DNA of 64,000 nucleotides from Utricularia gibba (Eukaryota; Plantae; Magnoliophyta): positions 8,060,001-8,124,000 of the forward strand of contig CM007989.1 of NCBI GenBank assembly GCA_002189035.1, written 5' to 3'. The position numbers and the translations under genes were made by a program. Shown here in pieces: positions 1-11,500 of the stretch (position 1 is the stretch's first letter; every line of letters starts with the position of its first letter). The notes beneath the pieces were generated by a model. That model searched no databases. It was not told the DNA's origin and was given only the letters and a program-made list of their open reading frames with translations.

Positions 1-1601
1 AAACTCAAATGCATTTAACAAATTCTTCCAGTTTTTCGAGATGCAACGTCGCGATGCTCTCAAGGCTCTTCATATCTACAAAAGATCCATTGAGCAAGTG
101 AGTTTCTTCATTCCATGTTCTATCAATTCTGCATGTCTTTTGGTTTTACAGCTTAAGCTGCACTTATCTTGACGACCCAGGCTCGGGAGCTGTCTGCCTT
201 TTTTGAGATGTGCCAGGCTCTGGGGTTTGGCATGAGACAGAAATATGTTAAAATTGAACAGGTGCAAATTCCTTCTCCTATCATGAAAGCCTGATATAAT
301 GAACACTCTGAAAGTTCTCAGATATGGTTTCTCTTTCCCAGCCTCCTGCATCTTTCTTGTCAGCCATGGAAGAGTACGTGAAGGATGCACCGCAGACACT
401 AATGCTTCCATGGAGACCTGTATGTAAATTCCACTCCAAATATGCCTTGAGTTGTCACAAAAGTTCCATAGAGATCTTTAACCGTTATACCTCTTGATTC
501 CATAAGAACGATGGCGGTGGCGATGCAACAAAAGTAATTGCCATTCCTGCGGGAGATCCTGAGAAAACTGAAGCAGATCCTTCTACTGATTCCTCAAGAA
601 ATAGCAAGAGCAATTCGGATGCTGTTCCATTAATACCTGATCTACTGGTATTGACTAAGATGGATATTTCACAAGACATGGTTAGAGAACAACACAATAT
701 AGACTAACGTTCATGTCATCAGAGCTGGGATGAACCTGATTTGGAAGCATCAGAATTGGACATAGGTAACTCCGCTGCTCTATCCACTGCCACAGCAGAT
801 TCAGAGACTGTTTGTGAACCAACTCTCTGGGAACTTGCTCTCGTTGCTACTGCTTCTGAAGCTTCTTCTTCAAATCAGCCAAGCGAAGTGTTCATCAACC
901 AGGCCACTGTTCTGGACAGATTGACAATGGACAGTTTATATGAAGCTGCTTTGACGAACCCATCTCCGAGTGGTAGCTCCTCAGTAAATCCTTTTGAAGC
1001 TGGCAATTATAATCAGCTGGTGGCCTGTGATCAAAGCATGCTGGCGCAACCTTATCCCATTGAAATGACTGGAATGGCGCAAGTAGCAGCGATGCAGCAT
1101 TATTACCAAGAACCACAGCAGCAGCAAGAATTCATTGATCCCCAGTTTTTTCTACAGGAAAGACAGTTTCCTGGGCAATGCCAAGTTTTGATGCAGCAGC
1201 AAGAGAAGTCATTTTCCGGTCTTGATTCTAGTAACCCCTTTGGCAATCCATTCACCATGGACCAAGATTCGTTTCCTGTAGAGCTGATGCCACCTCCATT
1301 GCCCAGTGAACGAACCAGCCAGCCAACTGATTTGGGAACCGGTGTTTCTTTTCCGGCTGCACCGAAGGAACAGTCTCCCGGTCTGATTTTCCGACATCTG
1401 GTGGATTTGGGCAACCGCCCATATGATGACATTCCGTCGGTGGCCGCAACCCAGAGCCAGAGCTCTTGTATTGGTTTGCAAGATTCGTTGCCTGGCGCAA
1501 TATCAGAAACCTGCCCCCGTGATACTAAACTGCCTGAGTTTCCCGATACACCAAACCCAAACCAACCTGCTGGCTCGAGCTTCAGCCTGGCCCTCATTTG
1601 A
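1..1601 (+). CDS. ANTH/PICALM (AP180-type) clathrin assembly protein, 3' part; 5' end lies upstream of the window
   Basis: Spliced exons ~31-97 (FFEMQRRDALKALHIYKRSIEQ), 181-261 (ARELSAFFEMCQ..KIEQ), 343-419 (PPASFLSAMEEYVKDAP), 507-647 (..PDLL) and 723-1601 (WELALV, LDRLTMDSLY, NPF motifs) with GT-AG junctions. These are typical plant ANTH motifs. Confidence 0.9.
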
Positions 1602-1765
1602 AGTTACATTTTTTTTTTCTTTGCAACAAGCTTCTGCTGCGGTGAAGGGGCGCTGGTTCTGATCGACGGGGATGATGGTGAATTTAGATTTCTTTTTGAG
1701 ATTTATTCGAATTATAGTATTTTAAAAAGTTGAACGGATCCAATTTAACGGCGTCGTATTGCATT

Positions 1766-1860
1766 GTGGGCCTTTGGGCTTTTCGTAATTTATATCATGG
1801 GCTTTGATATAAATACAAGCTCTCCAATTTTCGGCCCATTAAGACGGAATTGGGGCTCTA
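1766..1860. promoter_or_regulatory. Site II (TGGGCY/GGCCCA) cluster upstream of the CPL4-like gene
   Basis: tgggcc, tgggct (x2) and ggccca occur within ~80 bp. This is typical of TCP-bound housekeeping promoters. Confidence 0.5.
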
Positions 1861-2508
1861 TAAAGTCTCTCCCTGTCGGGGAATTTGGCCAGTGGTTCAA
1901 CGGTTGTGCTCCTCACTTCTGCTTCCCCCGTCGCCGATTTTCCAACAAGTAAGGAAGGTGCGAAAGTTAGTTAGTTCGGTTTTTGGGTACTGCTGTCTAC
2001 TTCTGGCCCTCGAAAAGGGAAAAAGGGAAACCTATCATGTTCAATTCTGTTCGCGTTTTACTTCCATCGTTCATTTTCGTTTTTGTTTCTTTTTGTTTTG
2101 CTTCGAGTTAGTTTTTCATGTGTTGTTGAACGACCGATTTTCGGCTCCCTAAAGGTTTTAGAATATGGTGTGACGGCTTTGTGTGGGGACCTTTTACGAG
2201 CGTGGGGCGTGAGAACGATCAATTTGTTAGAGAAGGGACTGGGTATGGTTTGAAATATTTATGATATTGGGTTAAATGCTCTTAATCTTTTTGTTTGAAT
2301 GTATTAGGGTGAATGATTATTTAAACTGCTCTGTCTAGAGAGAAAGTAGTGTAATTTTAGGCTTCATGTATTGGAAATACCATTTTCTTTGAAGGATGTA
2401 AGTTCTTGCCAGTTCACATACTTCAGAATTAGCTCATTCTTTGTGGTCTTCACTAGTGAAGTTCTGTGTTTAATCTCGGAAGTGGTAAAATATCATGACA
2501 GATACAGG

Positions 2509-4779
2509 ATGGTAGACAGTCCAGGCTATTCATCAAGTTCGGATGACTTTGCTGCGTTGTTGGATGCAGAACTGGATTCTAGTGAAGGAGGAGAAGACGA
2601 AGAAGAGGAGGAAGAAGAAGATGAAGAAGAAGAAAAAGAAGAGGAAGAAGATGAAGAAGAAGAAGTAGAAGTAGGAGAAGTAGAAATAGGAGAAGGAACA
2701 GAATTCCAAACGAATATTAACCGGTGGTGATATTTTTTTGATTTAATTAGTTTGGAAAATAAGCATGAGAATTAGCTGTACTGAGAAATATGAAAATGTA
2801 TAAACTGTTGGCTATTGTTTGAAATGATGTTAGTATAGCTTACAGTCTTCCTTGGTTTAGTGGCAAATGGATTCGCTTGGATGGTTGAAATTAATAGAAA
2901 ATCGGGGTTGCATGAAGTTTTGATCAATTTGCCTTTAACGAGTTTTGATGATCTATCACCAGGGTTCCTAACTTTATTTTATTGTTGTAGGGATAAAAGA
3001 CGGAGGTTAGAGGAATGCACTGATCAACCCCCAGCAACTGGCCTTTGCCCACACCCAGGTTTTTATGCAGGAATGTGCATGAGATGTGGCCAAAAAATTG
3101 ATGATGGATCTGGAATTCAATTTGGGTACATACATAAGGTCGTTTGCCTATCCAACTTCATTTCTTTGCGGCCTAACTCTTGACTTTCCTCATTGATTTG
3201 TACTTTTGTATTATATGCGTTTGGTTCTTATTGTTGTTGGTGCAGAATCTCAGGCTTGCTAATGATGAGATAGCTCGACTGCGTGATAAAGATTTGAAAA
3301 GCTTACTCAGTCGCAGGAAACTTTGTTTGGTTCTTGATTTGGACCATACACTGCTCAATTCAACTCGTCTTTCTGATCTTACAGTTGAAGAACATTACTT
3401 GAATGTCCAAACCAATGATTTTCCTGGTAATTACTCTGCCTTTATTCTGCGTACTTGTTAAGGCAGCAGTGGCTTTGTGTTTGAGGATTGGATTGATAGC
3501 TACATCTATGATGTTTACTAGGACTTATCCCTTTCAACTATTTCAGTTTCCTTTTTCTGCCAAGAATTATTTATATGTTCTGATGATTTGCAATGTACAC
3601 GTGGTCAGATTCCTTTAAGGGTTCACTATTTAGGCTGGACCACATCCACATGATGACAAAGTTAAGACCCTTCGTTAGAACATTCCTGATGGAAGCTTGC
3701 AAAAGATTCGAGATGTATATTTACACCATGGGTGAAAGACCCTATGCTTTGGAAATGGCAAAACTTCTCGACCCTGAGGAAATTTATTTTAACTCCAGGG
3801 TCATCGCTCAAGGCGATTGTACACAGAGGCACCAAAAAGGTCTTGATGTTGTCGTGGGACAAGAAAGCTCAGTTTTAATCCTTGATGATACAGAAGGGGT
3901 AAGCGAGACCCAAAACCAGCGTTACATTTCACTTGTCTTCAAAGTATCGTAGGTTAAGATAAGTTTTCCATGATCATGGATGCCTAGAAAGCAGTTTCAT
4001 TACTTAGGTTTCTATACTACCGAGGTGAATTACTTGCTTTACTTACACCATGTCTTCAGGTGTGGGGGAAGCATAAAGAAAACCTGATACTGATGGAAAG
4101 ATACCTCTACTTCGCATCTAGTTGCAAGCAATTTGGTTTTAGATGCAAATCTCTTTCCGAACTCAAAAGTGATGAAAGTGAATCAGAAGGTGCTCTGTCT
4201 ACAGTTCTTGCTACTCTAGAACAGATCCATAATTTATTCTTTGACGCGGTATTGTCTCTTTGCTTTCCTTCCAACAGCTAATTCACCCGCTGCTCTTCAT
4301 CTCTGATAGCTTTACTCCCTTTGTCCATCCTCAGGCGAATGAGAAGGAACTAAGAGCTCGGGATGTGAGACAGGTATCATCCACATATCTCATAGTCATC
4401 CCTCTGAAACCTTTTTTTTTTTTATTTTTTTGGTTGCTACAATCTCTTGGCTCCATGTATCAATCAGGTTCTTAAAACGGTTCGCAAGAAGATCTTGGAA
4501 GGCTGTAAAATCATGTTCAGCCGAGTTTTCCCATCAAACTTTCCAGCCGAAAGCCACCAGCTGTGGAAAATGGCAGAGCAGCTGGGAGCAATATGCACAA
4601 CAGAGGTCGATCCTTCAGTTACCCATGTCGTTGCGATGGACGCCGGAACTGATAAATCGCGGTGGGCGTTGCAGGAGAGCAAGCATCTGATCCACCCCAG
4701 CTGGCTCGAAGCAACCAACTACATGTGGAAGAAGGCGCCGGAGGAAAAGTTTCCGGTCGAATCTGCGAAGGCCAAATGA
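2509..4779 (+). CDS. CPL4: RNA polymerase II CTD phosphatase-like 4 (FCP1-type HAD phosphatase plus BRCT), 7 exons
   Basis: Exons 2509-2723, 2991-3138, 3246-3426, 3609-3898, 4060-4248, 4335-4373, 4468-4779. Motifs: SSSDDFAALLDAELD, CPHPG..GMCMRCG, LVLDLDHTLLNS (DxDxT), KLRPFV, and a BRCT region (THVVAMDAGTDKSRWA..HPSWLEA). The true start could lie in an upstream exon. Confidence 0.93.
2590..2700 (+). repeat. (GAA/GAG)n coding microsatellite encoding a poly-Glu tract in CPL4
   Basis: Translates as GEDEEEEEEEDEEEEKEEEEDEEEEVEVGEVE. Confidence 0.9.
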
Positions 4780-6719
4780 TGCTGGGATTCCTTCATTTGC
4801 GACTCAGCAACCAACTGTATTTACCTGTAAGTGGTAGGATCAATGCTAAAAATCCAGGTTGGTTCTTTGCTGTAGATCGAATCCTTCTTGAGAGTTAATT
4901 CTATTTCACCTCAAATTACATGACAAGCTGCACACAGTACAACAAAACACTTTAAAAACCGGATCTTTTTGTACTGAACGTCTGTTCCAAGGATGATGGA
5001 TGTGGTCACTGGTCTTTCAATCATTCACATCCATCTACAGAGATACCCATCTGCCAGTAACAGCTCACATCCATAAGATGATAATGCCATCAATCACTTC
5101 CAGAATTTTAGGTTGAAAAGGTATAGCTTAGACTCATCTTAAATGGTGGGATTGTGATTAACAGTCGACTGGACGTGAGAATTACAGCACCTAATAGCAA
5201 TAATTAACCACTAAGTACTGATCTGAAGTTTATGGTCCTTTACCCGTCAGATTTGGCAGCAGTCTCCATCTACAATTATTCTTGCCTAGTTGTTACCTTT
5301 TTTAAATTTCTTTATGGTCCTACTTTACATGGGAGTACAGTTTCAAATGATCCCGACAGAGAACATGTAGGGAGATGTAGCATCTATAAATATGGTACAT
5401 GGTATGGACAAGGAAACCCTAACAGCCGGCCGTTCTTCTGCAAGCGTTTGGAGTTTCAGATCTGACCGTTTTTTGTGACTTTGTTTGGAAGAAGATTTCT
5501 GGGTTTGTGCTCAAGTTGTGTGTTGGATGAGGGATTGAGGGAATGCTGGGCTGACAGAAGAGAGTGAGCACTGGAGGGCAATTGTAGGAAGACAGGCTTT
5601 ACCATTGCGCATGCCGGTGCTCACCCCTCTTTCTGTCAGCTTCTCTCTAACAATATCTCTCTTGTTCTCCTTCTCTGCATGCTGTCGTTGCAACTTGTTT
5701 TAAAGCGGGTTTCGTGTCCTTGTTGTAAAGATTAAACCTTTGCTCCCAAGCCTCCCCACTTGGGTGTTTTTGAGTTTTCCCTTCTGGGTTGTACACTGCT
5801 AGGCATGGTTTTTTGGTGCCTTTTGTTGGAAAATGGTGACAAGAGCACGAAAGATCAGCAATCTACGCCACTCTAGAGATGTAGGGCATTCAATGCAGCC
5901 GAATAAAATAAATATAGGATGGGTAAAAACCTACGCGATTTTTCCCTTTGTAGTCATTCCTCTCCTGCTCCAAAAGTCTGCTGATTTTTTACTTTCTGTT
6001 TTGTCACTTGGATCTTGAAAGTTGACTGGGGTTTGACCCAGTTTGTTGAATCGTTCACATTGTGTTTTGGTAGACGAGGGCGGTAGAAACACAAGAGTGA
6101 GATTTCATATTGTATGTGTATGCGTTTTGTTCATTTTTAGCAGATTCGTGAGCATTCACTTGTTCTGATGCAAGAGGGGCTTGCAGAAACTCAGTTCTCA
6201 GGTATTTTCGTGTTTCTTTGCTACTCTCTTATCATGATTCAAAGATTCTTAGCTACATTCGACACTGTCGAGCTCGTGAGCTTCTTTCTCGTGATGTTGA
6301 TGAAAGGACAACGTTTATCAGCTGGCCCGGCATCTGTTTTTCTAGTTTGCCACGAGGAAATAGAAACAAGTGTGACGTGGTTGTAGGAATCAGAGAAGGA
6401 TCTCTTGCGGATGAGTAAATGGGTTCAAGCTCTTCAGACGACAACGAGGCTCGAGCTGCTGTAATGCCATAGAAGTTATTGCCTTCGGGGTTTACTTCTT
6501 GTATTTGTAAAGATTTTTCTGCTGAAGGCAACGGCACCCAAATTTGGCATGGGGCAGCCTCAGGTGTTTGTCTTGGTAGTGCATTCTGATGGTGTGAGTG
6601 TGTTGAGATTCACCCATCCATCAGTTGACAAAGAGATTGTTTTCGTTTCAGGTGCTGTCGCTTTTGCTTGCTATGTTGATTTAATGGCATGCCAGCAGCG
6701 CACTTGTGTTCCTGTTTCT

Positions 6720-7310
6720 GGTGGGGGAGCCCTCTTTCATCAATCACACACGCAGAATCTAGAATGAAAACCTTGCACCTTTCTTCTTCTTTCTCTTCTG
6801 CCCATGTGGAGAAATGGGAGCTCCTTTCGGCACACAGGCAGAATGTAGTAGGAAACGCCATCACCTTTCTTCTTCTTCTACTGCACGTAGGGAAATGGGA
6901 GCTCCCTTCAGCACACACGCTGAAAGTAGAATGAAAAGCCATCACATTTCTTCTTCTTCTACACGTGGGGAAATGGGAGCTCCCTTCACCACACACGCAG
7001 AAAGTAGAATGAAAAGCCGTCACCTTTCTTCTTCTTCTTATGCACATGTGGGGAAATGGGAGCTCCCTTCAGCACACACGCGGAAAGTTGAATGAAAAGC
7101 CGTCACCTTTATTCTTCTTCTTCACATATGGGGAAATGGGAGCTCCCTTCAGCATACTCGTAGAATGAATAGCCATCACCCGCTTCTTCTGTGCCTGTGG
7201 GCGGAAATGGGAGCTCCCTTCAGCAAACACCCGTAGAATGAAAAGGCATCAACTTTCTTCTTCTTCTTCTGCCCACTTGAGGAAATGGGAGCTCCCTTCA
7301 GCACACGCGC
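6720..7310. repeat. Tandem repeat with ~80-bp unit: 7 copies plus 1 degenerate copy; core GGGAAATGGGAGCTCCCTTCAGCACAC
   Basis: GGGAGCTCC cores start at 6816, 6897, 6975, 7058, 7138, 7209 and 7287 (spacing 71-83 nt), with a degenerate copy at ~6723. The rest of the unit (GAAAGTAGAATGAAAAGCCATCACC(TTC)n) is also conserved. Confidence 0.95.
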
Positions 7311-8304
7311 CAGCAACTTTCTTCTTCTTCTGCTGCTTCTTGCCTGTCGTCGGCCTACGTCAGTTAATGTTCCCTATTGGCACTGCAACAGAAGGGAAAA
7401 CTTTGCCATTTCAGCTCTGTATTGAGAGCTCGCCTCTCTCTGTTCCCTCTTGCGCTGTTTTCGTGCAAACGAATCTGAAATCTGAATGATTTTTTGGAAA
7501 ACAGCAATGAATCAATCAGCTTCTGGAGCAGGGAAAGAAACACAGAGATGGTGCGACTACACTCCAGTCGTGGATAGCGCTTCCTGTGGTTTTCCGGAAA
7601 CCCTATCTTGTTTGGGCTTCTATTTCCGTCCTGTTGTTTCGGAAAGGAGAGGGATTTTTCATTGGCGGCGGAAGCTTAGGGTACTCTTATCACAGTCGAC
7701 GCCGGAGTCCAAGAAAAAGATTGTTTTTTTTTTTTTCTCAGGTACGTGACGCTTTCTACGCGTGTTGGGTGAGGAATTGGACAATAAACGAACGGAAGCG
7801 GTGTCGGCCGAGATGATGCACCCGGCGGAATGCGGCGAGCTCAGACAGGACTTCCTGAATCGATGCAGGCCGATCTAGGTCAGGTTTAGGTCTTTTCTGG
7901 ATTGATGTGCAGGCAAAGCCGTTTGATCGGCGCTCATGACGTTCGCCGCCGGAAGCCAAATTTCTCAGATGGAACGGAAGACAGCAATCCACGGCGGAAC
8001 ACCGACGGAGTCAACAAATGTACATTCCATCTACAAAACAAGCAATTCTTATCCAAACAAATGAATTCTTGTCGGTTGGAGTCTCCGTACCCTAATACAG
8101 CAAATATCTCAATTTTAAATTAATATTTAATTTATTTATATTTAAATAAATAAAAAAACTACCCATATTTATCAATATTATTTTATTTCTTAATAAAGGT
8201 AATTTGAAAATAAAAATTATGATAAATTACCAATTATTAGGGTAATTTAAAAATGTAAAAATTTAAAATCATTTTGCCATTTTAATGATCCACGTCATCA
8301 AAGG

Positions 8305-8390
8305 TGGGCGGGGCGGGGCCGGCCCAAGAACGGTCCGTGGGTCATATGTAAAATTAAAGGTATGGATATGGGCCAGGGCCCAATTTCATA
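8305..8390. promoter_or_regulatory. GC-rich/Site II promoter elements upstream of the FIP1 gene
   Basis: gggcggggccggccca, atgggcca and gggccca lie 160-240 bp upstream of the ATG at 8547. Confidence 0.5.
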
Positions 8391-8546
8391 TTTCAGTTGT
8401 TTGTGAACGAAAATAGCAAATTCTGAATCTTTTGCGAGGCGAGTTGAAGCCTTTTTATACAGTTTTAGGGCTGGGGTGATTGATTGTGAAATTTTCCAAC
8501 AGTTCACCTCGCGATGAAAGGGCAAACCCTCTGAGTCGCACCAGCT

Positions 8547-11500
8547 ATGGAGGACGACGATGAGTTTGGAGATCTCTACACTGACGTCCTACGCCCTCTT
8601 CAAGCTCAGACTCCGCAAGCTGATGCCCTTCCGATCGATCCGAAGATATATGGAGCGTCCGAGTCGAAAACCCCAGCTATGGGTTTCAGTCTGAAATTGA
8701 ATTCGTCAGCGCTTGAGAAGACCCTTCCTCGTGGAGGCTTTCGTTTGGATTCGCGGAGTACTGACTATGATGCTTCGAGTTTTCAAGTTACTGGGGTTTT
8801 TAAGGGGGCTGACGGGGCAGAGAAAGGGTCTGTAGGGTCTAAGTTGATGGAGGATGATGATATTAATATTGTTTTGGAAGGGAGAGAGAATGAAGATGAT
8901 GATGCTTTGGTTGAAAAGAAGGCAACTTTTATATCCAGAGAAGTTGATTATAACCGTAGCAACGTTGAGAGGGTCGGTGTTTCTGGAAATTTGATGGACC
9001 AAGGTGTGGCTTTGGGCACGGAGCAGACGATTCCTGGTCTCTCAAGGAAATTGGAGAATCTTGGAGGTGCCAATTTCGAGGATGACTTGGAGAGTGATGA
9101 GAGTGAAGACGATCTGGAGATAGTGTTGAACGACAACGGCGGTGGGCACACAGGTATCGAAATGATGAAGGGACTTAATGGCGATGATGATGACGATGGC
9201 GAAGGGGAGCCTTTGGTTATCGTAGCAGATGACGGTGATTTGGTCCAGCATCAGCAGATGATGGTGAATGAGCAAGAGTGGAAAGGTGAGGACGCGGGTT
9301 CCGGAGTAGACACAGAGAGGAGGGCGCTAGGCTACCCTGGTAAAGCTGATGGAGGAGGAGCTGCAGTACCTGCTGTAGTGGCGCCAAAGACTGGATTCAA
9401 CAGTCACATGTATCCTCATCCTCTTCATTCGCAGTTCAAGGTCAGCATCTTGTCTGGTCAGAAATTCGGTTGCAAATTGGATTATAGGTGCAAATGTAAT
9501 TTCCATATAGTGCCATTTTCAGTTCCATTGACATCCAAGTTGTTTATTAGTGATGTACCTGAGCCTTTTCGTTGTGGAATAATGAAATTTGTCAAAGCGT
9601 CGTACATAAATTTCTTTCGTAGGGTATCAATGCTTTATGTGCTAAGGATGGATTTTTCAGCATTAAATAAAAAATTGATACATATGTGTTAGCAACCCTT
9701 TTTGATCGCCAACCACAGAGCTTCAAACCTTGACAAGGCATTCTTCCTCTGATACTGACGGTCAAATGCATCAGATGATGCTCGCCTTTTCCTCTCTTTA
9801 GTGCATACTTTTTGTTGAGCTTTGTAAATTTAACAATAATTCAAAGAGGATAGAAAAGCTTTCAAATGATACTCGCCTTCTTCCAAAAACCCCTTTCTTG
9901 TGTTAATCATTTGTCTTATTTGACTTGTGATATCGCTGTCAAGTCTTAGGATGCATCTTATGCCTCAACTGGTTTCGCTCACTAACTTCTCTCTTGCTTG
10001 ATTTTTTGGTCATATGAAACCCGGTTCCTTAAGTCTTCAGGGTATGAAGTATCATTGGAAAAAACACATTGATTGATATGCGTGAAAATAAAAGTCTGAT
10101 GCAAGTTTTTAATCGTATTCTGTGTGTTCATGCCTCATGATCCTCTTGTTTTCCTTCTCCAGTGATATCATGAATATTGATTGGAAGTTCTTTTGCAAAG
10201 TCAGTTGTATGAACTAGGCTTAGAAATTTGTTGATTCATCACTTGAACATTAAAAAAAATTACTTGATGTTGCAATCAAACTTCTAAGTGAATGTTTTGT
10301 TAACTCTACTTCCACCAGTGATTGAAAAAACCGTCTCGATGCCACTGCTTTTCATTTGCAGCCGATTTTCCTATGTGTTCATGCTTGAATTTGTATCTAG
10401 ATGATTAATTCTGACTTGCTAGTGTCTCCCATATTATGGTGACTGGATTATTAACCGTTTCTTCCCCTTTTTTCCTGGGGGCTACTCAGTATGTCAGACC
10501 CGGTGCAGCACCATTACCTGGCACAGCTCCTTTACCTAGTGGAGGGGTTCAAGGTCATGCTCGTCCTCCCATCACAGCTCCACTTGGAGCTGGACGTGGA
10601 AGAGGTGATTGGCGGCCTACTGGGATAAGAGGTGCTGTGCCCATGCAAAAAGGTTTCCACCCTAATTATGGATCCCCGGTTTCTGGTTCTATATCTGGGC
10701 GTGGTTATGGAAGTGGTTTGGATTTCACTCTGCCATCACACAGGTATGGTCATTAACCCTGCCACTCATATAATGAAGCCTTTGTGATTGGATGTATGGG
10801 GTTGCTGTTTTTTTTTCTTTTTAACAACTAGACCTTCTTGTGGAGACAGGACAATATTTGAAGTTGATATTGATGGTTTTGAAGAGAAACCTTGGAAATT
10901 TCCTAGTATAGATGTCTCAGACTTCTTCAACTTTGGGTTGAACGAAGAAAGTTGGAAGGATTATTGCAAACAGTTGGTAGGCCCAAATTCACCGTCTAGT
11001 TGTTTATACTTAGATTTGCAGCACATTTTTTTCCTCCATCAAGGAAATGAAAGCTAAATAAAATTGATTTGATGTATGCAGGAACAACTCCGCCTTGCAA
11101 CAACCATGCAAAGCAAGATTCGTGTTTATGAAAGTAGCAGGGCAGAACAGGTACCCATGCTGTTTTTCTTCTTCCGGTTTTTTTTTTCTTCCAAGTAATT
11201 TCCATAGTTTTATTTATATTTATTCCTTCGAGACACTAAACAGTGTTATTGAATTTAGGACTATGATCCAGATCTTCCCCCAGAGCTTGCAGCTGCTGTT
11301 GGAAACACTGATATCCATTCTGAAATTGCAAATGCTGGAAAAGTGGAGCCTAATTTAGCTGATGTACCACGGCCGAATTCACGAGGATTGCCTCCTACAG
11401 TATGTAGGCTGTGGTTCTGATGCGTTTCTATCTGTTGATCTGTTAGCATGTTGAATGTCTCATATCAGAAGTTCTTGAAACAAAACATTTTGCTTTGTTT

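Noticed and set aside
6218-6540. Possible decayed LINE RNase H-like fragment (VVVGIREG, SSSDDNEARAA)
   Set aside because: The similarity is too weak to support by eye and needs an HMM search.
6610-7095. Repetitive ORFs on both strands over the array
   Set aside because: They are by-products of a stop-poor tandem repeat. Unit lengths are not consistently multiples of three, and no known domain is present.
6720-7310. CRISPR-like array (palindromic repeat at regular spacing)
   Set aside because: The whole ~80-bp unit is conserved, so there are no unique spacers. The context is a plant nuclear genome with no cas genes.
9441-9692. Extension of the FIP1 first ORF to 381 aa
   Set aside because: This is read-through into intron 1. 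The donor follows HSQFK at ~9440 and the frame resumes at YVRPG (~10489).
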